Virus record (IMG/VR): IMGVR_UViG_3300030616_000017
Span: 83,159 to 147,158 of that record
DNA: 64,000 nucleotides
From: a virus
Direction: 5' to 3' (one strand)
Position 1 is the stretch's first letter. Each line of letters opens with the position of its first letter. This document shows positions 16,546-26,825 of the stretch, piece after piece. A model generated the notes under the pieces. It saw only the letters and a list, made by a program, of their open reading frames with translations, did no database searches and had not been told where the DNA came from. Both the position numbers and the translations under genes were made by a program.

Positions 16546-16636
16546 AGGAGATGATCTTCACGGGGGACTGTAAATCCCTTCTGCGTTAACAATTGTGAAG
16601 TGGCTGCAGGGTTGGGTTCGATTCCCTCATCTCCCA
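16546..16636 (+). tRNA. D-armless tRNA-Tyr(GTA)-like
   Basis: GGAGATGA/TCATCTCC acceptor, loop CT-GTA-AA, T loop TTCGATT, no D hairpin, long variable arm. Confidence 0.7.
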
Positions 16637-16747
16637 TTTTTTTTGAAAAAGTTTAATTTTTACTTGAATTTTAGAAAAAACTTCGTTATATTATAAATAT
16701 GAATAAGATAATAAGAGGGAGTAAGGAATCGGTTAACTTAAACATTT

Positions 16748-16818
16748 AGGGGTATCGTCTAACGGTAAGACGCAGGGTTTTGGTCCCTGAGATAGGAGTT
16801 CGATTCTTCTTACCCCTA
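16748..16818 (+). tRNA. tRNA-Gln(TTG)
   Basis: Cloverleaf, loop TT-TTG-GT. Confidence 0.92.
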
Positions 16819-16824
16819 TACTAT

Positions 16825-16898
16825 CTAGATGTGGTGTTTAACGGTAGCACGCCTGGTTTGGGACCAGGATGGTGGAGGTTCAAATCCTTCCATCTAGA
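16825..16898 (+). tRNA. tRNA-Pro(TGG)
   Basis: C1-G72, A73, loop TT-TGG-GA. Confidence 0.93.
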
Positions 16899-16926
16899 CT
16901 TTTTAAAAAACTTAAAGGAGCTTAAA

Positions 16927-17328
16927 ATGAAAGAAACTGAAATGACTTTACCAATCGAATCAGTAGCAGCACTGTGGAGAGTTTCCTGTAAGACTCTCAG
17001 AGACCATTATCCTAACTCTTGTTGTGGAGAGCGTTTTGCTTACAACACATACGAGAGAGAGGAGAAAAAGAAAAGAGACGGGTATTTTTGCGAACGAAAA
17101 CATCTCGCTCTTTACTTGCAGGAAATAGGCTACGAAGAACGAGCATCATACTACAAAATTGAGCGCATTTATGATACGCGAGTATGCGGTAAGAAGATGA
17201 TTCACGTTGAAGACGCAAAAGAAGCTGTAGAGCATCTTGCTGGGTTTTTCTACCCCGCTAAGGAAGTGCCGAATGCTGTTACTGAGTTTGTAAAAAGAGA
17301 GAAGGACGGGTATTATGAAGCAACCTGA
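16927..17328 (+). CDS. hypothetical protein
   Basis: AAGGAG SD before ATG 16927 (ORF-track start runs into tRNAs). Confidence 0.7.
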   Translation: MKETEMTLPIESVAALWRVSCKTLRDHYPNSCCGERFAYNTYEREEKKKRDGYFCERKHLALYLQEIGYEERASYYKIERIYDTRVCGKKMIHVEDAKEAVEHLAGFFYPAKEVPNAVTEFVKREKDGYYEAT

Positions 17329-17725
17329 TGTGCTGGTGATATCAGATAGAAAAGGGGGATTTCTGCAAGTTGATTCTTATGAAACTTTTAAGCAGTCAAT
17401 CCTGATTCAGTATGGGAACGGAGCATGGAAGGAGATGCTATCTGAATGGTATAAATCGCTATTGTTCCACCAGCGTTATGCCCATATTGAAAAAGAGCTA
17501 AAGGAGATGGGAGCAATCGTAGGATCAAAAAACGATCCTTCTTTTGCAGATGCTCTTGACAATTCTGTTATCTTTATTCGTTCACAAGTTGTGAGAGAAT
17601 ACGGAAACGGATATGTAGTTATTCTAGAAAGCGCTATGAATGTGAGATGGGAACAATTACGTACAGCTCTCAACGAAGGAGAGACAGAAAAGGTAAAAGA
17701 GTTTTTTGAAAAGAATCTATTTTGA
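17315..17725 (+). CDS. hypothetical protein
   Basis: ORF track, overlaps upstream stop. Confidence 0.65.
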   Translation: MKQPDVLVISDRKGGFLQVDSYETFKQSILIQYGNGAWKEMLSEWYKSLLFHQRYAHIEKELKEMGAIVGSKNDPSFADALDNSVIFIRSQVVREYGNGYVVILESAMNVRWEQLRTALNEGETEKVKEFFEKNLF

Positions 17726-17742
17726 AGCGTCTAATTAGCCAT

Positions 17743-17767
17743 AAGCCCTCAATTGAGGGCTTTTTTT
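17743..17767 (+). terminator. intrinsic terminator
   Basis: AAGCCCTC-AATT-GAGGGCTT + T run. Confidence 0.85.
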
Positions 17768-17834
17768 ATTTACTTTTTCTGTTATTTTGTTTATATTATA
17801 AAAGATAATACTTTGTAGCAAAGGAATATATAAT

Positions 17835-19868
17835 ATGCAATTCAAATCTTTATATCTTAAAAATTATGGTATTTTTAAAGAAACCACGTTTAATTTCAAA
17901 GAGGGCTTCAATGTGCTGTCCGGGGAAAATGGACAAGGAAAGTCGCACGTGCTGAGAGCCATCAACTATTTACTTCTTAATAAAACTTTTGGAAAAATAG
18001 AGGAAGACTGCAACTGGGGAGCAGACTCTTTTGATATTAAGTTAGAGTTTGAACACAATGGTCAGACATTTATCGCTCACAATACTTTTGATAGAAAAAA
18101 AGGTGTTTCAAAAGAACTTTGGATTGATAAAGAATATTACTCAGGCAATAAAGATGTTACAGAAGTCCTTTCTCTTTATTTCGAGCCCTCTCTTACTTCA
18201 GCCGCTATGATAGCGCTGCAAGGAGATATGGATGTAGTAACATCGGGTTCAGCTAAAAGACGAGACAACTTGAAAAAAATCTATGATTTAGATTTTACCA
18301 AACAAATTAATTATGTTAAAGAAGAGAAAGAGGTGAAGGACAAAGAGATCCAAGAAATTGATAAAAAGATTTATCACTTGGAGCAAAAAGAGTACAAAAA
18401 AGAGAGGCCTCAAAAGCTTCCTTTTTCCGAAGATGATAAGAGAGGCAAGAAAGAAGAAATAGAGAGAATTCAACAAACCGTTCGTCAACAAGAAACCATC
18501 CTAAATGCTAAACAAGAAAAAGAAAACTTAATTGATACTCTAGGCGAAAAAATTACAAACAAGCAAGCTAAGCTTTCTCAAATGGAAAGGGAAAGAGGGG
18601 AGCTGCAGAGTAAAGCCTCAGAGGATTCAGAGACTCTTATAAATCTTCGCGAAGCTCGAGAAGGAGAACTGCAAAGTACTAAAGAAGATCTTGATAAAAT
18701 TGTTATAGAGCGTGTTAAAGCCTTTGACGACCAGATTTTGGAAAAAGCTTATAAAGAGTATTTAGATACACAAAACGAACTCAAACAAGCAAGAGAGCAC
18801 CTCAGCTTAGTGAAGCAAGGCCAATGCCCCGTTTGTAAGAGAGCTTTCGATAGCGGAGAAGAGAGTACATATACTCAGAAAATAGAAGAGTTGGAGAAGG
18901 AAGAGCAAAAGCGTTTCAAGCATTACACAGAACTTAGCGAGGAAAAGAAAAAGCTAGATAAGCTGAGGGAAGAACAAAAACAAAAACTAAACGAAAAAAC
19001 AAGATTAGAGACCCAACTTTCTCATTTAGGAGAAGTATACCAAAGCAAAATAGAGAATGCTCTCAATGTACAGAAACAACATATTGAACAAAAAGTTTCT
19101 TTACACAAGGCTATAAAAGAGTCTCTTAAAGAATTGGTGGATTTAGAAAAACAGAAAAAAGAAGCGAAAGATTCTCTTGAGGCGCTAGAAAAAGAAATAA
19201 AAGATTTCGATATTGATTTTCTCACTTCTATGAAGAAAGAGCTTGAAGAAGAAATAGCAGAATACGATAGAGTGGTCTCCACCAACGAAATAATTGTAAA
19301 GAATAACCAAAAGGTAGAGGAAGAAAAACAAGAAGATGCGAAAGAGATGGGGCAACTAAAGAAACAAAGGGAAAGTGCTGTAAGGCAAAGTTCTATTTGT
19401 ACAACAGAAATAGACATTCTTAAAAAGACCTTTCCTAATTTTGTCATCTCCACTCTTGTACATTCGATTGAAAGTGGAATGAATGAGTTGTTAGATAAGG
19501 CGTATGCAGGAAGATACCACTGCAGTATTAAAGAATCGAGAAGTGGCCTAGACGTTGTGTATGCTGACAAAGAGGTAGATATTAAGCTCTCCTCTGGCGC
19601 TGAGCAGAATCTTTTTAATCTTGGATTTAAAAACGCTTTTACTAAAATAGCAGGGTTAAAACTTCTTGTGCTGGATGAAGCTCTTAACTTTGCTAATGAC
19701 ACTATTGCTAAAAACGTATTTCATGCTATCAAAGATATGATAGATGAAGGAACAATCGAGCAAGTGCTTCTTATTACTCATAAAGATGAGGTTAAAGATA
19801 TGCTTGCAAGTGATTATAGTTCTCGTACCTTTACAATCAAGGAGGGCGAAATTGAACGAACAGAATAA
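17835..19868 (+). CDS. sbcC: SbcC/Rad50-like SMC ATPase
   Basis: GENGQGKS, coiled coil with CPVC zinc hook, SSGAE signature, VLDE Walker B, ITH. Confidence 0.9.
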   Translation: MQFKSLYLKNYGIFKETTFNFKEGFNVLSGENGQGKSHVLRAINYLLLNKTFGKIEEDCNWGADSFDIKLEFEHNGQTFIAHNTFDRKKGVSKELWIDKEYYSGNKDVTEVLSLYFEPSLTSAAMIALQGDMDVVTSGSAKRRDNLKKIYDLDFTKQINYVKEEKEVKDKEIQEIDKKIYHLEQKEYKKERPQKLPFSEDDKRGKKEEIERIQQTVRQQETILNAKQEKENLIDTLGEKITNKQAKLSQMERERGELQSKASEDSETLINLREAREGELQSTKEDLDKIVIERVKAFDDQILEKAYKEYLDTQNELKQAREHLSLVKQGQCPVCKRAFDSGEESTYTQKIEELEKEEQKRFKHYTELSEEKKKLDKLREEQKQKLNEKTRLETQLSHLGEVYQSKIENALNVQKQHIEQKVSLHKAIKESLKELVDLEKQKKEAKDSLEALEKEIKDFDIDFLTSMKKELEEEIAEYDRVVSTNEIIVKNNQKVEEEKQEDAKEMGQLKKQRESAVRQSSICTTEIDILKKTFPNFVISTLVHSIESGMNELLDKAYAGRYHCSIKESRSGLDVVYADKEVDIKLSSGAEQNLFNLGFKNAFTKIAGLKLLVLDEALNFANDTIAKNVFHAIKDMIDEGTIEQVLLITHKDEVKDMLASDYSSRTFTIKEGEIERTE

Positions 19869-20030
19869 TCCTTTTGTAGAAGAAAATAATATCATTCCTA
19901 TGCCTTATGTATATAAGGATAAAGTAGCTATGCTAGCTGCTACTATAAATCATAATCTAACTGTGCCTGAAATTCATAGGCTATACAAAATGTTAGAGAA
20001 AACTTTAGTGGAGGAGTATGGACAAATACC

Positions 20031-20291
20031 ATGAGTGAAAAGAAGCCCGAACTAGTTCCTGTCAATACACGCTATCTATGCGACATTATCGAAGATCTAA
20101 GAAAGACGTATGAAACACGCAATTTCTCCTATCTTCCTGGTATTATTGAAGAGCTTCAATACCGAGCAAATAGAATGGAAAATTATATTGAAATAGGACG
20201 AGAATTGACGCGTATGGAAGATAGAAGAAGAACACTAAAAGAAGAAGTAAAAAAGTTGGAAAAAGAATTGGGAAAGAAAAATAGGTGGTAG
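20031..20291 (+). CDS. hypothetical coiled-coil protein
   Basis: ORF track. Confidence 0.6.
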   Translation: MSEKKPELVPVNTRYLCDIIEDLRKTYETRNFSYLPGIIEELQYRANRMENYIEIGRELTRMEDRRRTLKEEVKKLEKELGKKNRW

Positions 20292-20295
20292 AAGA

Positions 20296-20814
20296 ATGAA
20301 AAGATTCTGGAGTTATTTCAAGTATGTAGCAAGACACAAATGGTTTGTAATGCAGGAGTGTTTTAAGCAGGGTCTTTTTTGGAGGGGGCTTGTTCATGAT
20401 ATGAGTAAGTTTCTTCCTTCTGAGTGGAAGCCTTACTCACATTTTTTCTATAATCGAGACGGCAGTAAGAGGCAAGTTAGAGGTACAACAGGTTATTATA
20501 AGCCCACTGATACAGGAGATGAAGCTTTTGATTTTGCATGGCTATTACATCAGAAAAGAAATAAGCATCATTGGCAATGGTGGATTCTTCCTGAAGATGA
20601 AGGTAAGGTAAAAATACTTCCTATGCCTGTACAGTATTGGTTGGAAATGATTTGTGATTGGGTAGGAGCGGGAAAAGCTCAAGGGTTTGTATCTCCGAAG
20701 GATGACCCCTATTTAGAGACTAGAAAATGGTATGGGGTAAATAAAAACAAAATGCAACTACACCCTAGTACTCGCACCGCTGTGGAGAAGTATATAAGGT
20801 ATACAGGAGATTAA
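20296..20814 (+). CDS. DUF5662-like HD-domain protein
   Basis: RHKWFV, HDMSKF, H..RNKHHW, EMICDW. Confidence 0.75.
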   Translation: MKRFWSYFKYVARHKWFVMQECFKQGLFWRGLVHDMSKFLPSEWKPYSHFFYNRDGSKRQVRGTTGYYKPTDTGDEAFDFAWLLHQKRNKHHWQWWILPEDEGKVKILPMPVQYWLEMICDWVGAGKAQGFVSPKDDPYLETRKWYGVNKNKMQLHPSTRTAVEKYIRYTGD

Positions 20815-20816
20815 AA

Positions 20817-21404
20817 ATGATTATTGCAATTACTGGTTATAAACAAAGCGGAAAAGATACAATAGCTTCTCACATTGTTAAGAAGTATGGCTACACTCGT
20901 TCTGCTTTTGCAGACCCTATCCGAGAAGCTTGCAAGATATTTTTTGGATGGGACGACTCTCACTTTTTTGGTGAGTTAAAAGAGGTGGTCGATGTAAGAT
21001 GGGGGTTTAGCCCCAGACAGTTCATGCAATGGCTCGGCACGGAAGCTGTACAATTTCATCTTGGTGATGCTTTCCCTTCTTTTAAAGATCTTGTGGGAAG
21101 GAAGTTTTGGGTAAACCGCCTTATTCAACATTGCAAGCAAAATCAGTTAGAAAACGTAGTAGTGCCTGACTGGAGATTCTATCACGAACAAACAGCTCTT
21201 ATTGAAGCTTTTTCCTTTAACCAGCTTATCTTTCTCAGGGTTGAACGCCCTTCTGTTACTCCTAATGATCCCCACCCTTCTGAACAGGATATTCCTTATA
21301 TGCTTGTTCACTCTACCATTGTAAACGCTGGATCTATAAAGGAGTTGTATGAAAAAGTAGATATGGTTTTAGATGCTGGGTGGAAGTTTCTAAAAGATTA
21401 TTAA
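20817..21404 (+). CDS. deoxynucleoside monophosphate kinase (T4 gp1-like)
   Basis: GYKQSGKD, FADPIR, PRQFMQWLGTE, DWRF.HE, HPSE. Confidence 0.88.
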   Translation: MIIAITGYKQSGKDTIASHIVKKYGYTRSAFADPIREACKIFFGWDDSHFFGELKEVVDVRWGFSPRQFMQWLGTEAVQFHLGDAFPSFKDLVGRKFWVNRLIQHCKQNQLENVVVPDWRFYHEQTALIEAFSFNQLIFLRVERPSVTPNDPHPSEQDIPYMLVHSTIVNAGSIKELYEKVDMVLDAGWKFLKDY

Positions 21405-21488
21405 TTTGAAACTTTTTCAAAAAAACATTGAAATTCTCTGGTTTTTATGTTATATTATAAGTGTAACTAAAACAGAAGGAGGCCTAAA

Positions 21489-22007
21489 ATGACAGATGAT
21501 AAGATGAAAATGGAAGGAGATGGCTTAACAGGCTTTGTCGGTAAGAATAAGAATATCGTACAGGTGAATCTGTACGGCGGGGTAGATACTTATAACTGCG
21601 GTCGAATGAGAGATCTTGTCGCGGACGTTATGGTGAAGTTTGAAGACGACGAATATGAACATCTAGTTTTAAATCTGGAGGGTGTTCACTACATATCTTC
21701 TATGGGCTTCGGAGTTCTGACTGAGATTTGGAAGATGGCCAGCAACCAAGGAAAGAAACTTTCAATCTATCGGGTACAGCCAAAAGTAGCAGAAGTTGTA
21801 TCTCTGCTTGGCTTGACCCGATACTTTAACTTCATTGAAAGCTTTAGAGAGTTGGAAGAACCCAAACCTCATGTTTTCCCTAAAGTAGTGAGTTGCCCAA
21901 AGTGCGGCAAAAAGTATCGTGTCAAAAAGGATGGGAAATATCGTTGCAGCAACTGTAAGTGTCTTTTTCAGGTATTCCCGCAGGGTAATGCTCAATTAGC
22001 CCGATAA
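21489..22007 (+). CDS. STAS anti-sigma factor antagonist with C-terminal Zn ribbon
   Basis: YISSMG phospho-Ser motif, LLGL..YF; FPKVVSCPKC...YRCSNC tail. Confidence 0.85.
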   Translation: MTDDKMKMEGDGLTGFVGKNKNIVQVNLYGGVDTYNCGRMRDLVADVMVKFEDDEYEHLVLNLEGVHYISSMGFGVLTEIWKMASNQGKKLSIYRVQPKVAEVVSLLGLTRYFNFIESFRELEEPKPHVFPKVVSCPKCGKKYRVKKDGKYRCSNCKCLFQVFPQGNAQLAR

Positions 22008-22068
22008 AAAGTACTAATATTTATATGGGGAGCTTTATTGCTCCCCCACATTATATGGAGGTCTATAA

Positions 22069-22764
22069 ATGGCTACGATTATTAAGAAACAAAAGACAAG
22101 AAAAAGGGTTAAGAAAAACCCTGCTCCTGTACTTGGGATTGCTTTTCTTATATCTCTTCTCCTCCTTAGTGCTACTATTTTTATGCTCGCGGTAAGTACT
22201 GTAGAACTGATTCAGGTACAAAGGCAGAATCAAACATTTATTGTAGAGCGAGGGGCAACAACTCAAGCTCTTAATCAGATGGGAGTACGGGTACAGGAAC
22301 TTGAAAGCGATCTGTATCTTTTTCCTATTCATCCTGAAGATGTAACCGGAAAGTTTACTTCTGCTTTTGGTGTACGGAATAACCCTCTGATTGAAGGTAT
22401 CGGTGGTGAAGATTTTAATGAACACAATGGAATTGATGTTGTGGGAAGACCGAAAGCCCGAATAATTGCAATAGCTGATGGTGTTGTTGAAGATCATTGG
22501 TATCCTGCTGGATATCATTATGGCCGTTGGTTTAGGGGGCATCCTGTATTTGATGGTTATATAGTAATTAGGCATGACGATGGCCGAAAAAGCGAATATG
22601 GGCACCTTTCGGAAACTATGGTTCACATGGGTCAGCGAGTAGAGGCTGGAGATATTATCGGTAGACAAGGTAATGGGGGAATTTCTACTGGTGAACATTT
22701 ACATTTTGGTTTGCAGAATATGATAGGAGAATATGTACAGCCGTTGAACTATATTAAGTATTAA
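22069..22764 (+). CDS. membrane-anchored M23 peptidase
   Basis: N-terminal TM; HNGID, YGHL, STGEHLHF. Confidence 0.9.
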   Translation: MATIIKKQKTRKRVKKNPAPVLGIAFLISLLLLSATIFMLAVSTVELIQVQRQNQTFIVERGATTQALNQMGVRVQELESDLYLFPIHPEDVTGKFTSAFGVRNNPLIEGIGGEDFNEHNGIDVVGRPKARIIAIADGVVEDHWYPAGYHYGRWFRGHPVFDGYIVIRHDDGRKSEYGHLSETMVHMGQRVEAGDIIGRQGNGGISTGEHLHFGLQNMIGEYVQPLNYIKY

Positions 22765-22780
22765 ATGAAGGAGTAATAAA

Positions 22781-23410
22781 GTGAAGGTAAAGGAATTTCT
22801 CCGCAAATACGAACTCACTGAAAAACGCCGTTTTAATCGAGATGAGTTTTGCGAAGACATGCTTGAAGAGCTTTGGTATATGTTTAAGAATACCAGTAAA
22901 GCTATGCACCCAGTTCCTCGCTGGGAAAAAATCATATCTGATCTTAAAATGAAATGGGACTCAGTCTTCAACAAATCAATTCTTTCTTACGAAGCAGGTG
23001 AGAATCTCTGGAAATATTTCTTTGCTACTAAAATTATTCCTACTCGTGAGGCTGTATTTGGGGATTGGAAACAAGCAAAACATGAATTTCGTTATCAGTA
23101 TGATGCTGATTTTAGACGCCGTTATGATAATTGGAAGTTTCATCAAGAGTTTGAAGAAAAGGAAAGAACTTGGTATCAAAACATTTTCAATGATCATATC
23201 AATTTCCTAAAGAAACTTTTATTTGGAGTTGATAAGTATGTTGAAGTACTTGAGATTCCTTCAGGGGTTGAGCTAACTCCAGACGTGGTGAACATGCAGT
23301 ACCGCAAATTATCTAAATCTTGTCATCCAGATGTAGGAGGTAGCCAAGAAGCTTTTATTAAAATAAATCGAGCTAAAGATAAGTTGATGGCTTATCTAAA
23401 GGAGAATTAA
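22781..23410 (+). CDS. C-terminal DnaJ-domain protein
   Basis: YRKLSKSCHPDVGGSQEAFIKINRA. Confidence 0.8.
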   Translation: MKVKEFLRKYELTEKRRFNRDEFCEDMLEELWYMFKNTSKAMHPVPRWEKIISDLKMKWDSVFNKSILSYEAGENLWKYFFATKIIPTREAVFGDWKQAKHEFRYQYDADFRRRYDNWKFHQEFEEKERTWYQNIFNDHINFLKKLLFGVDKYVEVLEIPSGVELTPDVVNMQYRKLSKSCHPDVGGSQEAFIKINRAKDKLMAYLKEN

Positions 23411-23411
23411 A

Positions 23412-23735
23412 ATGAAAAAGAGAGAAATGATGAAGAAAATGAATACAGTCTTGAGGGAGAAAAGCCGAGAAACAATCCATGTTGCTGTTTCCCTTGCCTC
23501 ACCCACTCATTGTGATGTCAACCTTTCCCTAGATATCGAAAAAATTATCAGCATTAAAGCAGAGGTGGAGATGGTTCTGATCGAAAGCAGAAGAATTGCA
23601 GAGTACAACAAATTCTTTTCTATTTATAATGAACTTGAACTGCTCCACCATAATCTCCAGAATCTTTTGACTTCTGCAAGAAAACGATACAAGGAGTATA
23701 TCGTTAATCAGGTTTATCTTGGAGAAGAGGAATAA
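23412..23735 (+). CDS. hypothetical protein
   Basis: ORF with SD. Confidence 0.6.
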   Translation: MKKREMMKKMNTVLREKSRETIHVAVSLASPTHCDVNLSLDIEKIISIKAEVEMVLIESRRIAEYNKFFSIYNELELLHHNLQNLLTSARKRYKEYIVNQVYLGEEE

Positions 23736-23739
23736 CACA

Positions 23740-24879
23740 ATGAAAGAGTTGTCATTACAAAGATTTTTAAAATCCTATAATACTGTTTTTCATAATGAGA
23801 AGTGGATAGATACCCTCACTAAAGATCCTTACAATATTAAAGTAATGGGTAAAGGTGAACGAGTACTATTTAAGTACAATCAGATAGCCAGCGATTTTAA
23901 TAAAACCCTTGTGCAGGAGTGTAGAGGGATTATTCTTTGGAAGGATAATTGGGATAAAATTGTATGCCACCCTCTTCATAAGTTCTTCAACTATGGAGAA
24001 CAGAATGCAGCAGAGCTGGATTGGGAAAGTACTGTAGTTCTTGAAAAAATGGATGGCTCCCTAATTAAGGTCTACTGGTGGGATGGAGAATGGAGAGTAG
24101 CTACTAATGGGACTATTGAAGCTTGTGACGCGGAGTTGCAGTTCCCTGCAGAAAGTAAAGGATTATATACATTTGATGACCTCTTTCATTATACATTGAG
24201 TGAATACACCGCTGACTCTGAAGGGGATTTCTTCTCTCAGCTTGATAAAGAATATACATATTTGTTTGAACTTTGCACACCATATAACCGTGTGGTTGTT
24301 CCTCATACGGAGTGCAAGCTGTATTATATTACAGCTAAAAAGAATGATGCGGAAGGAGAGGAAATAAGAGAGAATCATACTATTGTTGATACTATTCGTG
24401 AATATAAAATGAATAGTTATGATGATGCGATTAAGATGGCTCAACTTCTTCCGTATGATAATGAGGGATATGTCTTGGTAGATAAATACAATAATAGAGT
24501 GAAAGTGAAAAGCCCAGCATATCTTGCTGTACATCGATTAAAAGGTGAAGACGTCCCCTCTAAAAGAAAAATATTTGATCTTATTCTTATGGGAGAGGAA
24601 GGAGAATTCCTTTCCTACTTTCCTGAATATACCGAAGAATTTGAAAGAATAAAAAAAGGCTGGGAGATTATTCAAGAAAAGGTGCGTATGGATATTAAGT
24701 TTCTTGCTATGGGAACAGAGTTTAATACACGAAAAGAGTTTGCAATGGTAGCTAAAGAAGCTGTTTTTCCCGGATTAATGTTTCAGCTTTATGATGGTAA
24801 AGAAATCACTATCACTGAATATGTTCAGAATATGAGTCAAAAAAGTAAGGATACTCTTCTTAAAGATATGGAGGATTAA
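23740..24879 (+). CDS. T4 Rnl1-like RNA ligase
   Basis: ECRG, KFFN.GE, motif I EKMDGS, FEL, EGYV, RVKVKS. Confidence 0.9.
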   Translation: MKELSLQRFLKSYNTVFHNEKWIDTLTKDPYNIKVMGKGERVLFKYNQIASDFNKTLVQECRGIILWKDNWDKIVCHPLHKFFNYGEQNAAELDWESTVVLEKMDGSLIKVYWWDGEWRVATNGTIEACDAELQFPAESKGLYTFDDLFHYTLSEYTADSEGDFFSQLDKEYTYLFELCTPYNRVVVPHTECKLYYITAKKNDAEGEEIRENHTIVDTIREYKMNSYDDAIKMAQLLPYDNEGYVLVDKYNNRVKVKSPAYLAVHRLKGEDVPSKRKIFDLILMGEEGEFLSYFPEYTEEFERIKKGWEIIQEKVRMDIKFLAMGTEFNTRKEFAMVAKEAVFPGLMFQLYDGKEITITEYVQNMSQKSKDTLLKDMED

Positions 24880-24881
24880 AA

Positions 24882-25187
24882 ATGAACAGTGATTTTAATA
24901 AATCAGCGATGGCGTGGCAGGCAATATTATCTGAACTAGGGGCATTTCATAGACCTAAACCTAAAACAATAAAACTGGTAGATGAACCTAAATACACTAT
25001 TAATCTGTTTGATACTTTTGAATCTCTAAAAGATAAGGTACTTAGTATTCTTGAAGAATCTGTAGATGGAAAAAGTTATCTTTGTGTAGTGAAGAATAGT
25101 GTTCAAGATCATCATGGTCTATATCTTATTGATGTTGATAAGAGAGATATCAAAAGAGAGGAGAGAAATGTTAACGATTCAGATTAG
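24882..25187 (+). CDS. hypothetical protein
   Basis: ORF with GGAGG SD. Confidence 0.6.
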   Translation: MNSDFNKSAMAWQAILSELGAFHRPKPKTIKLVDEPKYTINLFDTFESLKDKVLSILEESVDGKSYLCVVKNSVQDHHGLYLIDVDKRDIKREERNVNDSD

Positions 25188-25384
25188 CTTAAAAAATAAT
25201 AAAGCCCTATCCATAAATATTGGAAATAAGGGACCGCAGTGTTCTCAGGTATATTGGATTACAGTTGTACGAGAAGAATACAATGAGAACAGAGAAGTGG
25301 TTTACGCTACTATGATTTGGAAGTTCTGGGAATTCAAAAAATATAAAATTCAAAGAAAAAAACTTGAAAAGATAAAGAGGTGAC

Positions 25385-25663
25385 GTGTTGCTAAGATGTC
25401 AGCTGTGTGGTCGCGAAGGGGATGGGAAATACTTTGAAAAACATCACCTTGAACTTCAAAATAAGAAATCCGAAACAATAACTGTTTGTCATCAGTGTGG
25501 TGATCAGCTGCATCTCATGTTCTCCAACTACGAACTAAAAACTAAACTTTTTTCACTTTCCGCTTTACTTAACGAAGAAAAAGTGTTATATTATATACGA
25601 TGGGTAAGAAACAAACCATTAAACCGCCATTTTTCGGCGGCAAAAAAGAAACGGAGGACTTAA
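25385..25663 (+). CDS. small HNH-like Zn-binding protein
   Basis: CQLCGR..EKHHL...VCHQC..QLH. Confidence 0.6.
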   Translation: MLLRCQLCGREGDGKYFEKHHLELQNKKSETITVCHQCGDQLHLMFSNYELKTKLFSLSALLNEEKVLYYIRWVRNKPLNRHFSAAKKKRRT

Positions 25664-25664
25664 A

Positions 25665-26513
25665 ATGAAGAAAATGATAATGTTTGTACTTTTAATGCTA
25701 ATACCTTTGTCCCTCTTTTCTCTATCGATAGATGGGGAAATGGGGTGGACATCTTCTCCTTTTGGAGACATCTCCACATCTACCGGCAACGAAGACACGC
25801 CTTACAATGTTTATACTAGCGTAGATGTTTCTATCCCCTTCTTTCAAGTGTTTTGGATGCAAGGAAGTATAGCGTGTCAAATGTATCAAGAAGAGAAAGT
25901 TGGAACAGGAAGTTGGACTCTTACTCCAACCTTCCTTAATTACTCTTTTTCTACAGGTCTACAGCTTGAGGTTTTTAAGATCGGTTGGGAGCATTCATGC
26001 ACGCATCCTCAATTTGTATATTCTCACGTTATTAACCCAGAAGAAGTGTACAAGGAAGGGAGTCTCGATAGAGTATTTATTTCTTTCTTTACTGAAGACT
26101 ACAATCAGCGAGAAAAGCCAAGTATTGATGATGGGTATGAACTCGAGTTTTTATTTGAAGCTGGTAAAGTAAGAGGAGGATATGTTGATTATGATCTTGT
26201 AGCCTCCACACAAACTGCTCATATCTTGAATAATGCATACGCGCATCTAGGAATAAAGCTGTGGTTAGTAAATGTGCTGTATTTTGAAGAACTGTTTACT
26301 GTACAGTTTGAACAGCCTCTGAGCGCACACTCTTCTATTTATTTCAGTGATTTTAGGTGGGAAGGAGGCCTACAGCTTCAAAGCTTTAATATCTTTATAG
26401 CAAGAATTTTAACCCTTCCTCGTTCTGAAGAAGACTACTCTTACAGAATAAAGAATTTGTGGGGCGGCAGCGCTTCTGGGGTAACACAAATAGGAATTAA
26501 GTATACGTACTAA
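25665..26513 (+). CDS. putative outer-membrane beta-barrel protein
   Basis: Signal peptide, amphipathic aromatic-rich strands, C-terminal QIGIKYTY. Confidence 0.5.
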   Translation: MKKMIMFVLLMLIPLSLFSLSIDGEMGWTSSPFGDISTSTGNEDTPYNVYTSVDVSIPFFQVFWMQGSIACQMYQEEKVGTGSWTLTPTFLNYSFSTGLQLEVFKIGWEHSCTHPQFVYSHVINPEEVYKEGSLDRVFISFFTEDYNQREKPSIDDGYELEFLFEAGKVRGGYVDYDLVASTQTAHILNNAYAHLGIKLWLVNVLYFEELFTVQFEQPLSAHSSIYFSDFRWEGGLQLQSFNIFIARILTLPRSEEDYSYRIKNLWGGSASGVTQIGIKYTY

Positions 26514-26519
26514 GGAGAC

Positions 26520-26825
26520 ATGGGAATGGAAAGACCTACAATTAATTGGGGCTATAGATTTTTTGAATACAAAAATGGAGAGGTTGCTCTTCATCCTGTA
26601 GTGTTTAATTTGCATGGAGAGGCAATTGGTTTTTCAACTAAGCCGGTTGGCTCTCCCAAAGAATCTAAAGAAGAGGTAATTAAAGACCTGAAACTACAGC
26701 TACGAGACGCAGTAGTCAATAGGGAAACAACTTTTAATTATAAAGAGGCTATTGAGAAAGCACGAAAAAATGCAGAAAATATGCCCGAAGAAAAACTAGA
26801 TGTACTAGAGGAGGAAAAGAAATGA
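26520..26825 (+). CDS. hypothetical protein
   Basis: ORF with SD. Confidence 0.65.
   Translation: MGMERPTINWGYRFFEYKNGEVALHPVVFNLHGEAIGFSTKPVGSPKESKEEVIKDLKLQLRDAVVNRETTFNYKEAIEKARKNAENMPEEKLDVLEEEKK

Noticed and set aside
16452-16926. ORF 16452-16637(-) and the N-terminal extension of 16780-17328
   Set aside because: They overlap tRNA-Gly, Tyr, Gln and Pro.
19022-19702. 226-aa minus-strand ORF
   Set aside because: Antisense shadow of the SbcC coiled coil (Ser/Phe-rich).
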